A stretch of DNA of 47,216 nt, taken from IMG/VR virus record IMGVR_UViG_3300048896_000171, positions 1 through 47,216 of that record. One strand, written 5' to 3'. Of this stretch, positions 26,164 through 36,038 are shown in pieces; position 1 is the stretch's first letter; the number at the start of each line of letters is the position of its first letter. Source of the DNA: a virus (Duplodnaviria; Caudoviricetes). The notes under the pieces were generated by a model. The model did not search any database. It was given only the letters and a program-made list of their open reading frames with translations, and was not told the origin of the DNA. The position numbers and the translations under genes are program-made.

Positions 26164-28059
26164 GTGGCGAACCAGGGGACGCGCAGCGCGCTCCGGTGGC
26201 CGATTCCGCGCACCTGGGCCCCCGAGACCGCGCAGTCGATCGAAGATAACTTTCTCGCGATTTTTTCCTCGGTCGCGACGCTGCAGACCCAGATCACCGC
26301 GGCCGGCGGCGGGGGCGGCGGCACGGCCGCCAGCAACATCCTCACGCTCAACCCGGCCGCCGGGGATCTCATCTTCGGCGTCTCGGCCGGCGTGTTCGGG
26401 CTGCTCCCGTTTGTGGCCACGGCCCAGCGCGCCCTGGTCAATGACGGCGGGTCGCCGTCTTGGGGCCAGATCGACCTGTCGACCGGCGTCACGGGCAACC
26501 TGGGCGTCGCGCATCTCAACAGCGGCACCGGCGCCAGCGCGACGACGTTCTGGCGCGGCGACGCGACGTGGACGTCCATCGACCTGTCAACGGCGCAGGT
26601 CACCGGGAACCTGGGCGTCGCGCACCTCAACAGCGGCACGGGCGCCAGCGCGAACACGTTCTGGCAGGGCGACGCGACCTGGGCGTCGATCGATCTGTCG
26701 ACGGCCGACGTCACAAACACGCTGCCGGCCACCAAGGGCGGGACGGGCCAGTCCACGGTCGCGGTGGGCGACACGCTCTACGGCTCGGCGGCGAACGTCT
26801 GGTCGAAGCTCGCCTTCGTCGCGACCGCGACGCGCTACCTGGCCAACACCGGCAGCGGCGCCACCGTCCCCGCGTGGGACCAGGTCAACCTCTCGAATGG
26901 CGTCACCAACACGCTCCTCACCGACCACGGAGGGACGGGGGTCACGACCTACACGGCCGGCGACGTGCTGTACTACACGAGCGGGACGGCGCTCTCGAAG
27001 CTCGCCTTCGTGAGCACGCAAAAGCGGTACATCGGGAACAGCGGCAGCGGCAACACCGTCCCCGACTGGCAGCAGGTCGATCTGGGGGTGGGCGTGACCG
27101 GCGTGCTGCCGGGGACGAACGGCGGGACCGGCTTGTCCACGACAGCCGTGGGCGACCTGCTCGTCGGCATCACGTCCAACGGGTGGTCGAAGCTCGCGTT
27201 CGACTCGACGGCCACGCGCGCGCTGTGCAACACGGGCGGCGGCGGGACGCCGACCTGGGACACCGTCAACCTGGCGAACGGCGTCCAGGGCAACCTCGGC
27301 GTCTCGCATCTCAACAGCGGGACCAGCGCGAGCGCCTCGACGTTCTGGCGCGGGGACGCGACCTGGGCCACGCCGACCGGGACCGGTGACGTCGATCTGA
27401 TCGCGTTCAAGTGGCGCGCCATTCTCGCCCAGGGTAGCGCCATCTCCTATAGCGGCATCGGTCTCGGCACGGTCAGCCTGACGGGCGGCACCATCGCGGC
27501 CGACCCGCGCGCGGACGGGCAGTACACCTCGCAAACCTCGGGCGCCACCGCCGGCAACGGCAGCACGATCGCGAGCGCGGAGGCCTCGGTCTTTACGAAT
27601 TTCGATTGGACGTGGGAATGCGTCGTCTACACCGACCCCACGGCCGTCACCGGCGTCCGGTACTTCTTCGGCGTCGGCCAGAACACGCCGACCAACAGCG
27701 ACGCGATCACCAGCCGGAAAGTGATGTTCCGCTTTTCGACGGTCGCCGGCGACGCGGGCTGGGTGCCGACGACGGCCGACGGCACGACGCAGCACACCGA
27801 CACCGCGATCGGGACCGTGGCCGCGGCGACGCGGTACCTACTGAAAATCAGGTTTGTCTCGAGCGGGACGCCGACCGCGTTTTTCAGTGTCAACGGCGGG
27901 GCGGAGACGAGCGTCACGGCGAACCTGCCGGCCACCGGCAGTACCAACAGCATGAATATGCTCGAGGGCGGCGTGTTCAACACCGCAGGCGGCGCGGGGA
28001 GCAATCGCGCGTTTTCGTTCGCGGTCTGTCAGCTTCACTACGGCTCGACAGCTAGATAA
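26164..28059 (+). CDS. tail fibre / receptor-binding protein
   Basis: 631 aa Gly/Thr-rich; repeats GNLGV.HLNSGT.ASA.TFW.GDATW x3 and GGTG...GD.L x3; lectin-like C-terminal domain. Confidence 0.85.
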   Translation: MANQGTRSALRWPIPRTWAPETAQSIEDNFLAIFSSVATLQTQITAAGGGGGGTAASNILTLNPAAGDLIFGVSAGVFGLLPFVATAQRALVNDGGSPSWGQIDLSTGVTGNLGVAHLNSGTGASATTFWRGDATWTSIDLSTAQVTGNLGVAHLNSGTGASANTFWQGDATWASIDLSTADVTNTLPATKGGTGQSTVAVGDTLYGSAANVWSKLAFVATATRYLANTGSGATVPAWDQVNLSNGVTNTLLTDHGGTGVTTYTAGDVLYYTSGTALSKLAFVSTQKRYIGNSGSGNTVPDWQQVDLGVGVTGVLPGTNGGTGLSTTAVGDLLVGITSNGWSKLAFDSTATRALCNTGGGGTPTWDTVNLANGVQGNLGVSHLNSGTSASASTFWRGDATWATPTGTGDVDLIAFKWRAILAQGSAISYSGIGLGTVSLTGGTIAADPRADGQYTSQTSGATAGNGSTIASAEASVFTNFDWTWECVVYTDPTAVTGVRYFFGVGQNTPTNSDAITSRKVMFRFSTVAGDAGWVPTTADGTTQHTDTAIGTVAAATRYLLKIRFVSSGTPTAFFSVNGGAETSVTANLPATGSTNSMNMLEGGVFNTAGGAGSNRAFSFAVCQLHYGSTAR

Positions 28060-28068
28060 GGGGTTTTT

Positions 28069-28374
28069 ATGGTACTGGGCTGCGTCACGCACGGAACGCC
28101 TTACATCGACCAAAACACCGGTCAGCTCTTCTTCGATCTCGAGTACTCGACGACGAGCAACCCTCCTGGCACAACGAAAGGCTCATTCAAGATCGCGGAC
28201 CCTCCGGACTACGATCCGACGGACATCTACGGGCCAGGCGTGTCGACGCTCTTCGACATCGCGGCGTACTGGGTGCTCAACGTCGCGGCGGGCGCGGTTG
28301 GCCAGGGTCCAGCGACGAGCGACACAATCCTCGTCATTGGGCCGGACAGCTTCGCTCTCTACGCCGTCCCCTAA
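28069..28374 (+). CDS. hypothetical protein downstream of fibre (101 aa)
   Basis: AAGGGG SD; more A/T-ending codons than neighbours. Confidence 0.7.
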   Translation: MVLGCVTHGTPYIDQNTGQLFFDLEYSTTSNPPGTTKGSFKIADPPDYDPTDIYGPGVSTLFDIAAYWVLNVAAGAVGQGPATSDTILVIGPDSFALYAVP

Positions 28375-28398
28375 CGCGCGGGAGTAGAATACGCAGCC

Positions 28399-28830
28399 AT
28401 GAAAGTCAACCGGAAGGCGTTCGAACGAACGACGATGAAGATCGATCGCGGCCAGGGCCCGCTCACGGTCCAGGATCTGCAGGACATCTTCGGCGGCGAC
28501 GCCATCCAGGCGCTCCTGTCGAAAGGCGCGGCGCCGGCCCACTGTCGCAAGTGCGGCGCGGCGCTCCCCGAGCGCAAACCGATCACGCTCGCCGGCGGGT
28601 ACACCGCCGAGCTGTGCGAAGGCTGCCACAACGGCTGGCTCGAGGTCGCCCAGGGCGACGCGCGGTCGGTGACCTGGCTCCGCGAGAACCGCCGGCTGCA
28701 GCAGCTCACCCAGGCCGGCAAATCGATCGCGGAAGTCGACGATTTGAAATTGATGCGCGCCGCGCAGGCGATGTTCCGCTTCGCGCGCGACTACGTGCAG
28801 GAACGCCCGAAAGTGACGAAAGGATCCTAA
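28399..28830 (+). CDS. Zn-finger hypothetical protein (143 aa)
   Basis: CRKC...CEGC. Confidence 0.75.
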   Translation: MKVNRKAFERTTMKIDRGQGPLTVQDLQDIFGGDAIQALLSKGAAPAHCRKCGAALPERKPITLAGGYTAELCEGCHNGWLEVAQGDARSVTWLRENRRLQQLTQAGKSIAEVDDLKLMRAAQAMFRFARDYVQERPKVTKGS

Positions 28831-28832
28831 CC

Positions 28833-29618
28833 ATGGCGGCGTTGTACGGGAGCAATGACCGGGGGCAAGTCGTCAGCAACAAGCCCAAGCAAAACCCGAT
28901 GGTGCCGGGCGCGCCCGACTACTACGCCCAGCCCATGGAGATTCCGACGGATATGTTCGGGAACCCGACCGGCGTCCGCCGGCCGGTCAGCCCGACGTAC
29001 ACGACGGACCCGAACACCGGCTACCAGGATCGCTTCGACCCAGTCACCGGCACCTGGTCGCCGATTGGCGGCGGCGGGAGCGGCAGCGGCACGCGGCGCA
29101 CGTCCGGCGCCGGCGGCGAGCTCTCGGCCAGCGACAAGCTGGGCCCGGCCTCCCTGGCGGCGCTCCAGCAGCTCTACCAGCCCACGCCGCTCCCGGACGC
29201 GCCGGGCGATTTCACCGCGCCATCGCGGCCCATCAGTGGGCCCGAGGAAACACAGGCCGAGGCCGCGGCGCTCACGACGGCGCGCGAACGCAGCGGCCGC
29301 CGCTCGCAAGCGGCCCTCCGCACGCTGGCCGGCCTGGACGCCGCCAACGGCCGGTACGGGTCGCGGCTCGAGCACGCCGACCAGCGCAGCATCCTCGAGT
29401 CCGGGCTCTCGGACATGAACGACACCGAGCGCCAGCTCCTCGAGAACCGCGCCAACCGGAACGCCAGCATCAGCGACCAGGATTTCAGCGCGGCGGACCG
29501 CGCCGGCGAGCTCACGTACAACACCAAGAGCCAATTCCCGATGCAGCTCTACGATGCGCGCATTCGGGATAAGCAGCGCATCGCGACGCTCCTCGGGTCG
29601 TTCGGGCTGATGTACTAG
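28833..29618 (+). CDS. putative internal virion / DNA ejection protein (261 aa)
   Basis: AAGGA SD before ATG 28833; low-complexity then helical; position after fibre. Confidence 0.65.
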   Translation: MAALYGSNDRGQVVSNKPKQNPMVPGAPDYYAQPMEIPTDMFGNPTGVRRPVSPTYTTDPNTGYQDRFDPVTGTWSPIGGGGSGSGTRRTSGAGGELSASDKLGPASLAALQQLYQPTPLPDAPGDFTAPSRPISGPEETQAEAAALTTARERSGRRSQAALRTLAGLDAANGRYGSRLEHADQRSILESGLSDMNDTERQLLENRANRNASISDQDFSAADRAGELTYNTKSQFPMQLYDARIRDKQRIATLLGSFGLMY

Positions 29619-29620
29619 CC

Positions 29621-29818
29621 ATGGCGACCCCCAAAGGCGGCGGCTCGTCGTCGGCGCTCCAAGCCCTCGCAGCCCTGGCTCAGGGGCTGCCCGAGGAAGA
29701 AGGCACGACGCCGGGCGTCCGGCAGCCCGAGCTCAATCGGGACCTCTCGAGCCCGGACACGCCGGCCTCGACGCGCGCGCTCCAGGAACTGCTCCGGCAG
29801 AAAGGACGGGTCTACTGA
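29621..29818 (+). CDS. small putative internal virion protein (65 aa)
   Basis: Coupled ORF; two ALQ.L motifs. Confidence 0.65.
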   Translation: MATPKGGGSSSALQALAALAQGLPEEEGTTPGVRQPELNRDLSSPDTPASTRALQELLRQKGRVY

Positions 29819-30369
29819 TGCAGGGCTTTCAGGACAAGACGAGCTGGCTCGGGCGGAACCCGTACATGGCCGGCGCCAACGGCCGGCCCAGCCTCTCGGC
29901 GCTCTCGAAGCTGTCGCAGCTCCAGGGCGTCTCGCCGACCGACGCGCCGTACTCGGACGAGGAGTCCGAGCTCGCCTTTGGCCAGCAGGCCGACGAGGCC
30001 GAAGGTCGCATGAACGACTGGGCGGCGAGCGGCGGCGCGACCATGAGCCCGATGCAAGAGCGCGCGCGCGGGAACGCCCTCGGCGGCGGCCAGTGGGCCG
30101 ATTTCTCCGACGCGCTCGATCGCTCGCAGCTCATGGCGGCCAATCGCGGCCTCAAGTCGCGGATCGACCTGATTGGCCAGGGCCCGGGCACCGGGACCGG
30201 GCTGGGGCGGTGGTCCGCGCAGCAGGGGCACGCGAACCCGTTCGGATCGTTCTCGAGCACCGAGCCGGACGTCGACGTCGAAGGGCTGACCAGCGACGCG
30301 TCGACCGGCCCGGACCCGTACACGCGTAGCACCGCACTCCAGGCGCTCCGGCGCCTGTTCGGGAGGTAG
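29818..30369 (+). CDS. putative internal virion protein (183 aa)
   Basis: TGATG coupling; Gly/Ser/Ala-rich. Confidence 0.65.
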   Translation: MQGFQDKTSWLGRNPYMAGANGRPSLSALSKLSQLQGVSPTDAPYSDEESELAFGQQADEAEGRMNDWAASGGATMSPMQERARGNALGGGQWADFSDALDRSQLMAANRGLKSRIDLIGQGPGTGTGLGRWSAQQGHANPFGSFSSTEPDVDVEGLTSDASTGPDPYTRSTALQALRRLFGR

Positions 30370-30373
30370 TCCG

Positions 30374-31243
30374 ATGCCGCAGGCGTACCGAGGGAAAGCC
30401 ATTCTGCCGCAGTCGCTGGCCGCGCTCGCGGCCCTGGGCGGGGACGGCGGCGACGTCGGCCTGGGCCCGGGCGGGGGGATCTTCGCGACGATGCGCCCCG
30501 GGCTCCGCAACGCGCTCTCTGACGCCGCCGGCGAACAGGCCCTGTCTGACCTGGAAGACCGGCAGCCGACCGTCTTTCACCGCCCCGGCTCGAGCGTACT
30601 TCCGGGGTTCCTGGGCCAGCCGATGGACGAGGTCTACGACCCGGACACCGACGCGCCCATCGCGGCCGCCGAACGCGATCGGCAGCGCGCCGCGCGGGCC
30701 GTCGACTACGCGAACAGCGAGGCCGACATCTACGACCCGCTCCAGGCCACGCGGGAACAGCGATTGAAAGATATTGGCGCCGCCGGGGATCTGTCGCGCT
30801 ACTGGGACCCGTCCGAGCAGGCGCGCCAGACCCAGGAATTCGGCCGCAAGTACGACCTGACGACCGACCCGGCGCGCATCGCGGCCGGCAACCGTCTCGA
30901 TGTCGCCAACGTGGCCGGCGGCGCCAAGGTCGAGGCGGCCCAGGCCGGCCGGGCCATGCCGAATTTCGCCCAGCTCTTCAAGTCCATCGCGGACACCTAC
31001 CCGAAGGACCCGCGCACCGGCGAGGCCCAACTCCCGCCGCAGATTCAGACCTTGCGGGATGCGCTCGTCAACTTCGCGGGCCAGGGCGTCAACAACCCGC
31101 CGGCCCAGCCGGCGCCGGCCGTCCCCTCGGGGCCGCCCCTCACGCCGGGGCAAATGCAGATCCTGACGTCGAAGCTCCTCGACGAGGGCTACTCGGCCGA
31201 CGAAATTCGCGCGTACCTGCGCCAGCGGAACGGCGGAGCGTAG
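30374..31243 (+). CDS. putative DNA ejection protein (289 aa)
   Basis: GGAGG SD; Ala/Gln-rich helical; C-terminal L..EGYS.DEI..YL motif. Confidence 0.65.
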   Translation: MPQAYRGKAILPQSLAALAALGGDGGDVGLGPGGGIFATMRPGLRNALSDAAGEQALSDLEDRQPTVFHRPGSSVLPGFLGQPMDEVYDPDTDAPIAAAERDRQRAARAVDYANSEADIYDPLQATREQRLKDIGAAGDLSRYWDPSEQARQTQEFGRKYDLTTDPARIAAGNRLDVANVAGGAKVEAAQAGRAMPNFAQLFKSIADTYPKDPRTGEAQLPPQIQTLRDALVNFAGQGVNNPPAQPAPAVPSGPPLTPGQMQILTSKLLDEGYSADEIRAYLRQRNGGA

Positions 31244-31246
31244 CCG

Positions 31247-34200
31247 GTGCCGCCGCAGAAGGTCCGCCGCCCCATCGGAGAGATTGAGGCCGAAGTCCTC
31301 GGCCCGGGTGGGGCGGGGACTGTTCCCCGTGGAACATCGGACACGTCCACGGCGCCGGCCGGCGACCAGGGCGGCGGCTGGCTGGACATGATCAGCAGCC
31401 CGCGCCGGGCCCTGGGGACCGGGACGCGGCTCATCTCGAGCTGGCTCGCGGGCATCCCCTCGGTCGAGCCTGGCGTGGGCTCGGCGATTGGCGCCGGCAT
31501 CGGCGGCGCCGGCGAGTCGCTCGCGGAATTGATCGAAGGGCGCGACCAGGACCTGGGCGCCATCGCCACGTCCGGGGCGCTCGGCGCGGTCCCGCTCGGG
31601 AAGCTCCTCGGCACCGCGAAAGCCCTGATGCCGGGCGCCTCGCTCCTCACGAAGGCCGCGACCGTCGGCAAGGACGTCCTGGGCAATGCCCTCAAGCTGG
31701 GCGGCGTCAACGCGGCCGCCGACCTGACGTACCGGCTCACCAAAGGCCAGCTCCCGGGCATCGACTACGACTGGTCGGACCTGTCGGCCCCGTTTGCGAT
31801 TGGCGCCGGCGGCGGCGCGGCGCTCTCGGCCGGCGCCCGGGCCATCCCGGCGGTCGGTCGGATGCTCGCCGGCGGCGAAGAGGGCGGCGCGATCGGTGGC
31901 CCGAAGCCGGTCGGCGCGGCGCGGACACCCTCAGCGGCGGCCCAGGCAGCGGCCGCGGGCCAGGGCGACCTGCTCTCGGCGGCGGACCGCGGCGCGACCG
32001 GTGCGGCGACCCCTGTGGAGCTCGCCAGGGCGCGCGCGATGCTCAAGGACCCACAGGCCCAGCAGGCCTTCGATCGCCTCTGGGGCGACGTGGGAGCCGC
32101 CCCGCCGAGGCCGGTACGCGTCACTCCGACCGCGCCGCCCGAGCCCCTGACGCCTGGCCTGGAAGCGAAGAAGTACCCGGCCTACCCGGCCGAACAGACG
32201 GGCGACCTGGCGGTGACCCGGCCGACGCGGGCCGCCCAGGCGCCGCCGACCCGTCCGGTCCAGACCCGGACCCCAGCCCAGCTCGTCGATGATTGGTTTC
32301 AGCGCGCGAGCGGGCGGACGCCGGTCGCCGACGCGCTGACGGCCGACGAAGCGAACGCGATGGGCGGGGAGCGGCTCACGGCGCCGGACTGGGGATCCCC
32401 GGCCGCCACGGCCGAACCGATGTTCGGCGGCGCCGAGCCCGCGCCGCGCGAGCTGCCGCTCTCGGGCACCAGTGCCCAGCCGGACCTGTTCGGGCGTCGC
32501 CCGATGGCCGCGATCGAGGCGGAAGTGACCGGCAGCGCGTCACCCGCCGCCCCGGCCGCGCCGGCGGCTCCGCGCGAGCCCACCGCGGCCGAGCTCGTGC
32601 AGCAGTACCTGTCCGGGGAGAAAGCCCTCCCGGACGTCGAAAGCGTCGCGCCCGAGGGCATCCAGGGGAACTACAGCGGCGAGTCGGCGGCCTCCACCGA
32701 GGCCATGAACCGCGCGTCTGGGATGGCCCAACGCGGCGAGCAATTCGTCATCTATGACCGGACGGGCGCGCGGCGCGTGTTGCCGAACACGCCGGACTCG
32801 GTCGACGTCTTCCCGCGCGCCGGAGAGACCAAGGGCATCGAAGACGCGTCCGGCAATTTCCGGATGTTGGACGACAACGGCGGCCGGCCTCCGCGCGGCG
32901 GCGCGCCCACGGCCCCGCCGGCCCCGACGCCGGCCGAACCGACCGCGCCCGGGGCCGTCGACCTGACGGCGGCCGAGCCGGGCCCGCAGAACGACATCGA
33001 AGAGCTCCTATCCGGCTCACCCCAGGGCCAGAAGATCCTGGCGCTCTACCGCGAGCTCCAGCCGCGCTGGGCGGAGACGGCGCGCGGGGTCGAGGACGTC
33101 GCGTCGTTCGGGCACGTCAATCCGAACCAGTCGGCCGAGGAGTTCACCAATCGGCTGTTGAACGAGCCGCCGCGCCAATTGATGGGCAAGGAGCGCGCGC
33201 TCCGGCGTGAGCTCGAGGCCGGCGGATTCAAGCTGCCGCCCGACATGCCGCCGGACACCGGCGAGGCGGTGCAGAAACTGGTCGCGGCCGGCAAACTGCC
33301 CGACCCGAACGATCCCGAGCTCGGCTTTGCAACGCGCGAGCTGCTCCGGACGCTCGGCGGCGCGGCCGTGGGCGGCGTCACCGGCGGCGCGCTCGAGCCA
33401 GAGCACCCGGTCGTCGGCGGCGGCCTGGGCGCGATTCTCGGGGCGCTCATCACCAACCCGTCGCTGGCGCGCGGCTACCTGCCGTACCAGTACGAGGCCA
33501 TGTTGTCGGGTGCCGCGCTGCCGAAGAACGTCGCCGGCGTGACCGGCTCGATTGCCGGCGCGGCCCTGGAACACCCCGAGCTCGGCGGCGACATCGCGCG
33601 CGCGGCCCTCAGCCCGAAGACGCTCGAGACGCTCCGGAAATCGTTTGTCTCGCCGGCGGGGGAAACGCGCTGGACCGAGGGCACCACGTCGAGCCAGTTC
33701 CGCGGGCCCTTTACTCGGATGATGGGCGCGGTCGATACGGCCGGGAACGATGTGCTGCAGCGCGCCGGCCTGCCGGAAGGCTACGCGCGCCGGCTCACGG
33801 CGACGAGCGAGCCGCGCTCGAAGACCGGCGGGGCCCTGGTCAGCCTGGCGCGCGAAGCGCCGATGCTGCTGCCCTTCGCCCGCACGGGCGTCAACCTTGT
33901 CGAGCGTGGCCTGGAGCGCACGCCCGGCGTCAATCTGCTTCCCGCCGTCGATCGCATGACTGCCGAAGACTCGCGCCCGCTCCTTGAGGGAGGCTCGTCT
34001 CGCGGCGGGTCGACCCGGACCCGGCGTAGCTTGCTCGGCTTGGCTGCGCTCGCGGCGGGGGCAGGCTATGGCGCGGCCTCGGGCCCCGGCGGCCCGCTCG
34101 AGGATTATCGCGGGGGCCTGGCGGAAAAAATCGCGATGCCGGCGGCCGGCCTCTACGCGCTGCCGATGGCCCTGGGCGCGGCCGGCGTGCGCGGGGTCCA

Positions 34201-34480
34201 GACCGCGAAGAAATCCCCGGCCTCGGTGAGCGCCCTGCGCGAGCTGGCGCGCGAATTCTTCAACCAGCTCCCGCTCCCCGAGGAAGCCGGCCCGGAACGC
34301 TATTTGCAGCGGAACGCGCCCGCGATCGGCACCATGTTCAGCCCCGTCGCCCCGAGCGAGTTCGACACCAGCGGGGGTACGTTTGACCCGATGCTCGCCC
34401 GGATTCCGTTACTCAACGAGCTACTGTTGCCGCGGAAACGCAAAACACCTGGGCCCACCGCGCGCCGACGGAGACCCTGA
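31247..34480 (+). CDS. large putative DNA ejection / internal core protein (1077 aa)
   Basis: Largest ORF, Gly/Ala-rich hydrophobic glycine-zipper segments, LLPFART..N...RGLERTPG motif; last gene before lysis. Confidence 0.75.
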   Translation: MPPQKVRRPIGEIEAEVLGPGGAGTVPRGTSDTSTAPAGDQGGGWLDMISSPRRALGTGTRLISSWLAGIPSVEPGVGSAIGAGIGGAGESLAELIEGRDQDLGAIATSGALGAVPLGKLLGTAKALMPGASLLTKAATVGKDVLGNALKLGGVNAAADLTYRLTKGQLPGIDYDWSDLSAPFAIGAGGGAALSAGARAIPAVGRMLAGGEEGGAIGGPKPVGAARTPSAAAQAAAAGQGDLLSAADRGATGAATPVELARARAMLKDPQAQQAFDRLWGDVGAAPPRPVRVTPTAPPEPLTPGLEAKKYPAYPAEQTGDLAVTRPTRAAQAPPTRPVQTRTPAQLVDDWFQRASGRTPVADALTADEANAMGGERLTAPDWGSPAATAEPMFGGAEPAPRELPLSGTSAQPDLFGRRPMAAIEAEVTGSASPAAPAAPAAPREPTAAELVQQYLSGEKALPDVESVAPEGIQGNYSGESAASTEAMNRASGMAQRGEQFVIYDRTGARRVLPNTPDSVDVFPRAGETKGIEDASGNFRMLDDNGGRPPRGGAPTAPPAPTPAEPTAPGAVDLTAAEPGPQNDIEELLSGSPQGQKILALYRELQPRWAETARGVEDVASFGHVNPNQSAEEFTNRLLNEPPRQLMGKERALRRELEAGGFKLPPDMPPDTGEAVQKLVAAGKLPDPNDPELGFATRELLRTLGGAAVGGVTGGALEPEHPVVGGGLGAILGALITNPSLARGYLPYQYEAMLSGAALPKNVAGVTGSIAGAALEHPELGGDIARAALSPKTLETLRKSFVSPAGETRWTEGTTSSQFRGPFTRMMGAVDTAGNDVLQRAGLPEGYARRLTATSEPRSKTGGALVSLAREAPMLLPFARTGVNLVERGLERTPGVNLLPAVDRMTAEDSRPLLEGGSSRGGSTRTRRSLLGLAALAAGAGYGAASGPGGPLEDYRGGLAEKIAMPAAGLYALPMALGAAGVRGVQTAKKSPASVSALRELAREFFNQLPLPEEAGPERYLQRNAPAIGTMFSPVAPSEFDTSGGTFDPMLARIPLLNELLLPRKRKTPGPTARRRRP

Positions 34481-34482
34481 CG

Positions 34483-34890
34483 ATGGCCGACGATTTGCTC
34501 CCCAGCAATGGCGGAGGCAACGGCGATATGAAAGTGAACGGCGGACTGGCGAACGTCTTCATCCCGGGGGCCTCGGACCTGGTGAAGACCGTCTTCAACC
34601 TCGGCGCCGGCGCGGTCCTGTCGTTTGTCGCGGTCCTGCTGATTTATCAGCTCTCCGCGCGCACCGACCGGCAGTCGGCCGCGGCCCTGGACATGCTCAC
34701 GCAGCACGCGGAGGAGACGAAGGCGATCCGCGCGCTGATTGAGACCGGGAACGCGACCGCGCGACAGGTGCTCTCCACGCAACAGGCGCTCTGTGTGAAT
34801 GACGCCATCAGCAACGCGGCCAAGCTGGACCCGAACACCGCGATCCGGCGCTGCCTGGGCATCATCCCACCAGCCGACAAGGAACGCTGA
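34483..34890 (+). CDS. single-TM lysis-region protein (holin-like)
   Basis: TM segment LGAGAVLSFVAVLLIY followed by coiled coil; coupled to endolysin. Confidence 0.55.
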   Translation: MADDLLPSNGGGNGDMKVNGGLANVFIPGASDLVKTVFNLGAGAVLSFVAVLLIYQLSARTDRQSAAALDMLTQHAEETKAIRALIETGNATARQVLSTQQALCVNDAISNAAKLDPNTAIRRCLGIIPPADKER

Positions 34891-35279
34891 TGGGCGTGCT
34901 CAGGTTCAAGGACGGCTGCGAAATCAGTGGGCCGCCCTCGCCGGCGCAGGCGCGGATCCTGGGCGTCGCCGACTCGATCGCGCAGGCCGGCCCGGACGTC
35001 TGGGTGACCTGTCTCGAGGACGGCCACGGCGAGGAGGACCCGCACACCCTCCGCAAGGCCGCCGACATTCGGACCCACGATCGCGCGCCGGCCGACGTCG
35101 TCAAGATGTACCGGTTATTTGGCGCGTATCTGGGCGCCGGCTGGACCGTGCTCTACGAAGCGCCGGCGCCGGTGGTCGAGCCCGAGCTGCGCGCGATTTG
35201 GTACGGGCCCAGCGGCGCGACCGCGGCCCACCTGCACATCCAGGTCAAGATCGGCGAGACCTTCCCACCCGAGGAGTAA
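34890..35279 (+). CDS. endolysin, Zn peptidase of M15/Hedgehog-DD-peptidase fold
   Basis: VTC..DGH.....H....AAD.R and HLHIQ metal-binding motifs. Confidence 0.8.
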   Translation: MGVLRFKDGCEISGPPSPAQARILGVADSIAQAGPDVWVTCLEDGHGEEDPHTLRKAADIRTHDRAPADVVKMYRLFGAYLGAGWTVLYEAPAPVVEPELRAIWYGPSGATAAHLHIQVKIGETFPPEE

Positions 35280-35281
35280 CC

Positions 35282-35479
35282 ATGCCGCCGTACACGCCCG
35301 TCACGTCCAAAGCGCAGTCCCGGAAACTCTTCGTGCTCGAGAAGGAGGGCAAACTGGCCCCAGGCGAGGCCGAAGGAAAGACGCGCGCCGCGAATTTCAA
35401 ATCCCTCCCGCAGCACGCGCACCAGCACCCCGGGGTCAAGGCCCTCGGGCGCGTGGGCCACAAGCGCCCTAGCCGCTAG
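35282..35479 (+). CDS. small basic phage protein with SKAQ motif (65 aa)
   Basis: GAGGAG SD; TSKAQSRKLF.L..EG...KSLP.H. Confidence 0.75.
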   Translation: MPPYTPVTSKAQSRKLFVLEKEGKLAPGEAEGKTRAANFKSLPQHAHQHPGVKALGRVGHKRPSR

Positions 35480-35487
35480 GCGTCTCG

Positions 35488-35817
35488 TTAGCCCTTCTTG
35501 ACGTTCCCGAGGTCGTCGGGCATCTCGCCACCGAAGCCGGCGGCGGTGAGGATCCACGCGGCCACGTCCTCGGGCGAGCCCCAGGAGCGCCCCGGCGCTT
35601 CGAACATGAGGAACTTCACGAGCCGCACCAGGACGTCGCCGGCGTCGAGCTCCGAGCACCGCGCGACCGCATCCCGCAGATTGTTCTCGAGCACCGCCGT
35701 CAGAAACCCGCCCGGCTTGATGCCGCCTTCGAAGTAGCGCCGCAGCCCCGGCCGGTACATCAGGCGAACGCCGTACTGGGTGAACAGGTCGTCCCACTGG
35801 TCGTCGTTGAGCTTCAT
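35488..35817 (-). CDS. conserved phage hypothetical protein (109 aa)
   Basis: RY...GI.PGGFLTAVL.N.L..AV...AP..SWGS.E.V..W motif; GGAGG SD, ATGA overlap. Confidence 0.85.
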   Translation of the reverse strand: MKLNDDQWDDLFTQYGVRLMYRPGLRRYFEGGIKPGGFLTAVLENNLRDAVARCSELDAGDVLVRLVKFLMFEAPGRSWGSPEDVAAWILTAAGFGGEMPDDLGNVKKG

Positions 35818-36038
35818 GGTTCCTCCGGGCTGACGAGAATCATCGGCGGTTTGTGCTCGCACTTCGGGCAGTACGGGCTCTTGCAGCAGGTCGTCGGCGT
35901 CAGCCCCTGGGCCCACCACATGCCGGGCCGGATCGTCGCCAGGTGCCAGGTATAGCCACAGCCCGGGCAGCGGCCGACGACCGGGATGTCAGCGCCGCCG
36001 GGGTGGGTCTGGAGCGTCGGGAGGCGGGGTTGTCTCAC
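35814..36038 (-). CDS. Zn-ribbon protein (74 aa)
   Basis: CPGC...CPKC; GGAGG SD before GTG. Confidence 0.7.
   Translation of the reverse strand: MRQPRLPTLQTHPGGADIPVVGRCPGCGYTWHLATIRPGMWWAQGLTPTTCCKSPYCPKCEHKPPMILVSPEEP

Noticed and set aside
26470-27370. Fibre repeats as a diversity-generating retroelement TR/VR pair
   Set aside because: No reverse transcriptase in the genome; all copies are in-frame coding and differences are not adenine-specific
11654-27795. Long antisense ORFs (e.g. 11654..13504, 14039..15493, 17054..18508, 24373..25989, 26587..27795)
   Set aside because: Shadow frames of GC-rich genes with clear phage functions on the + strand
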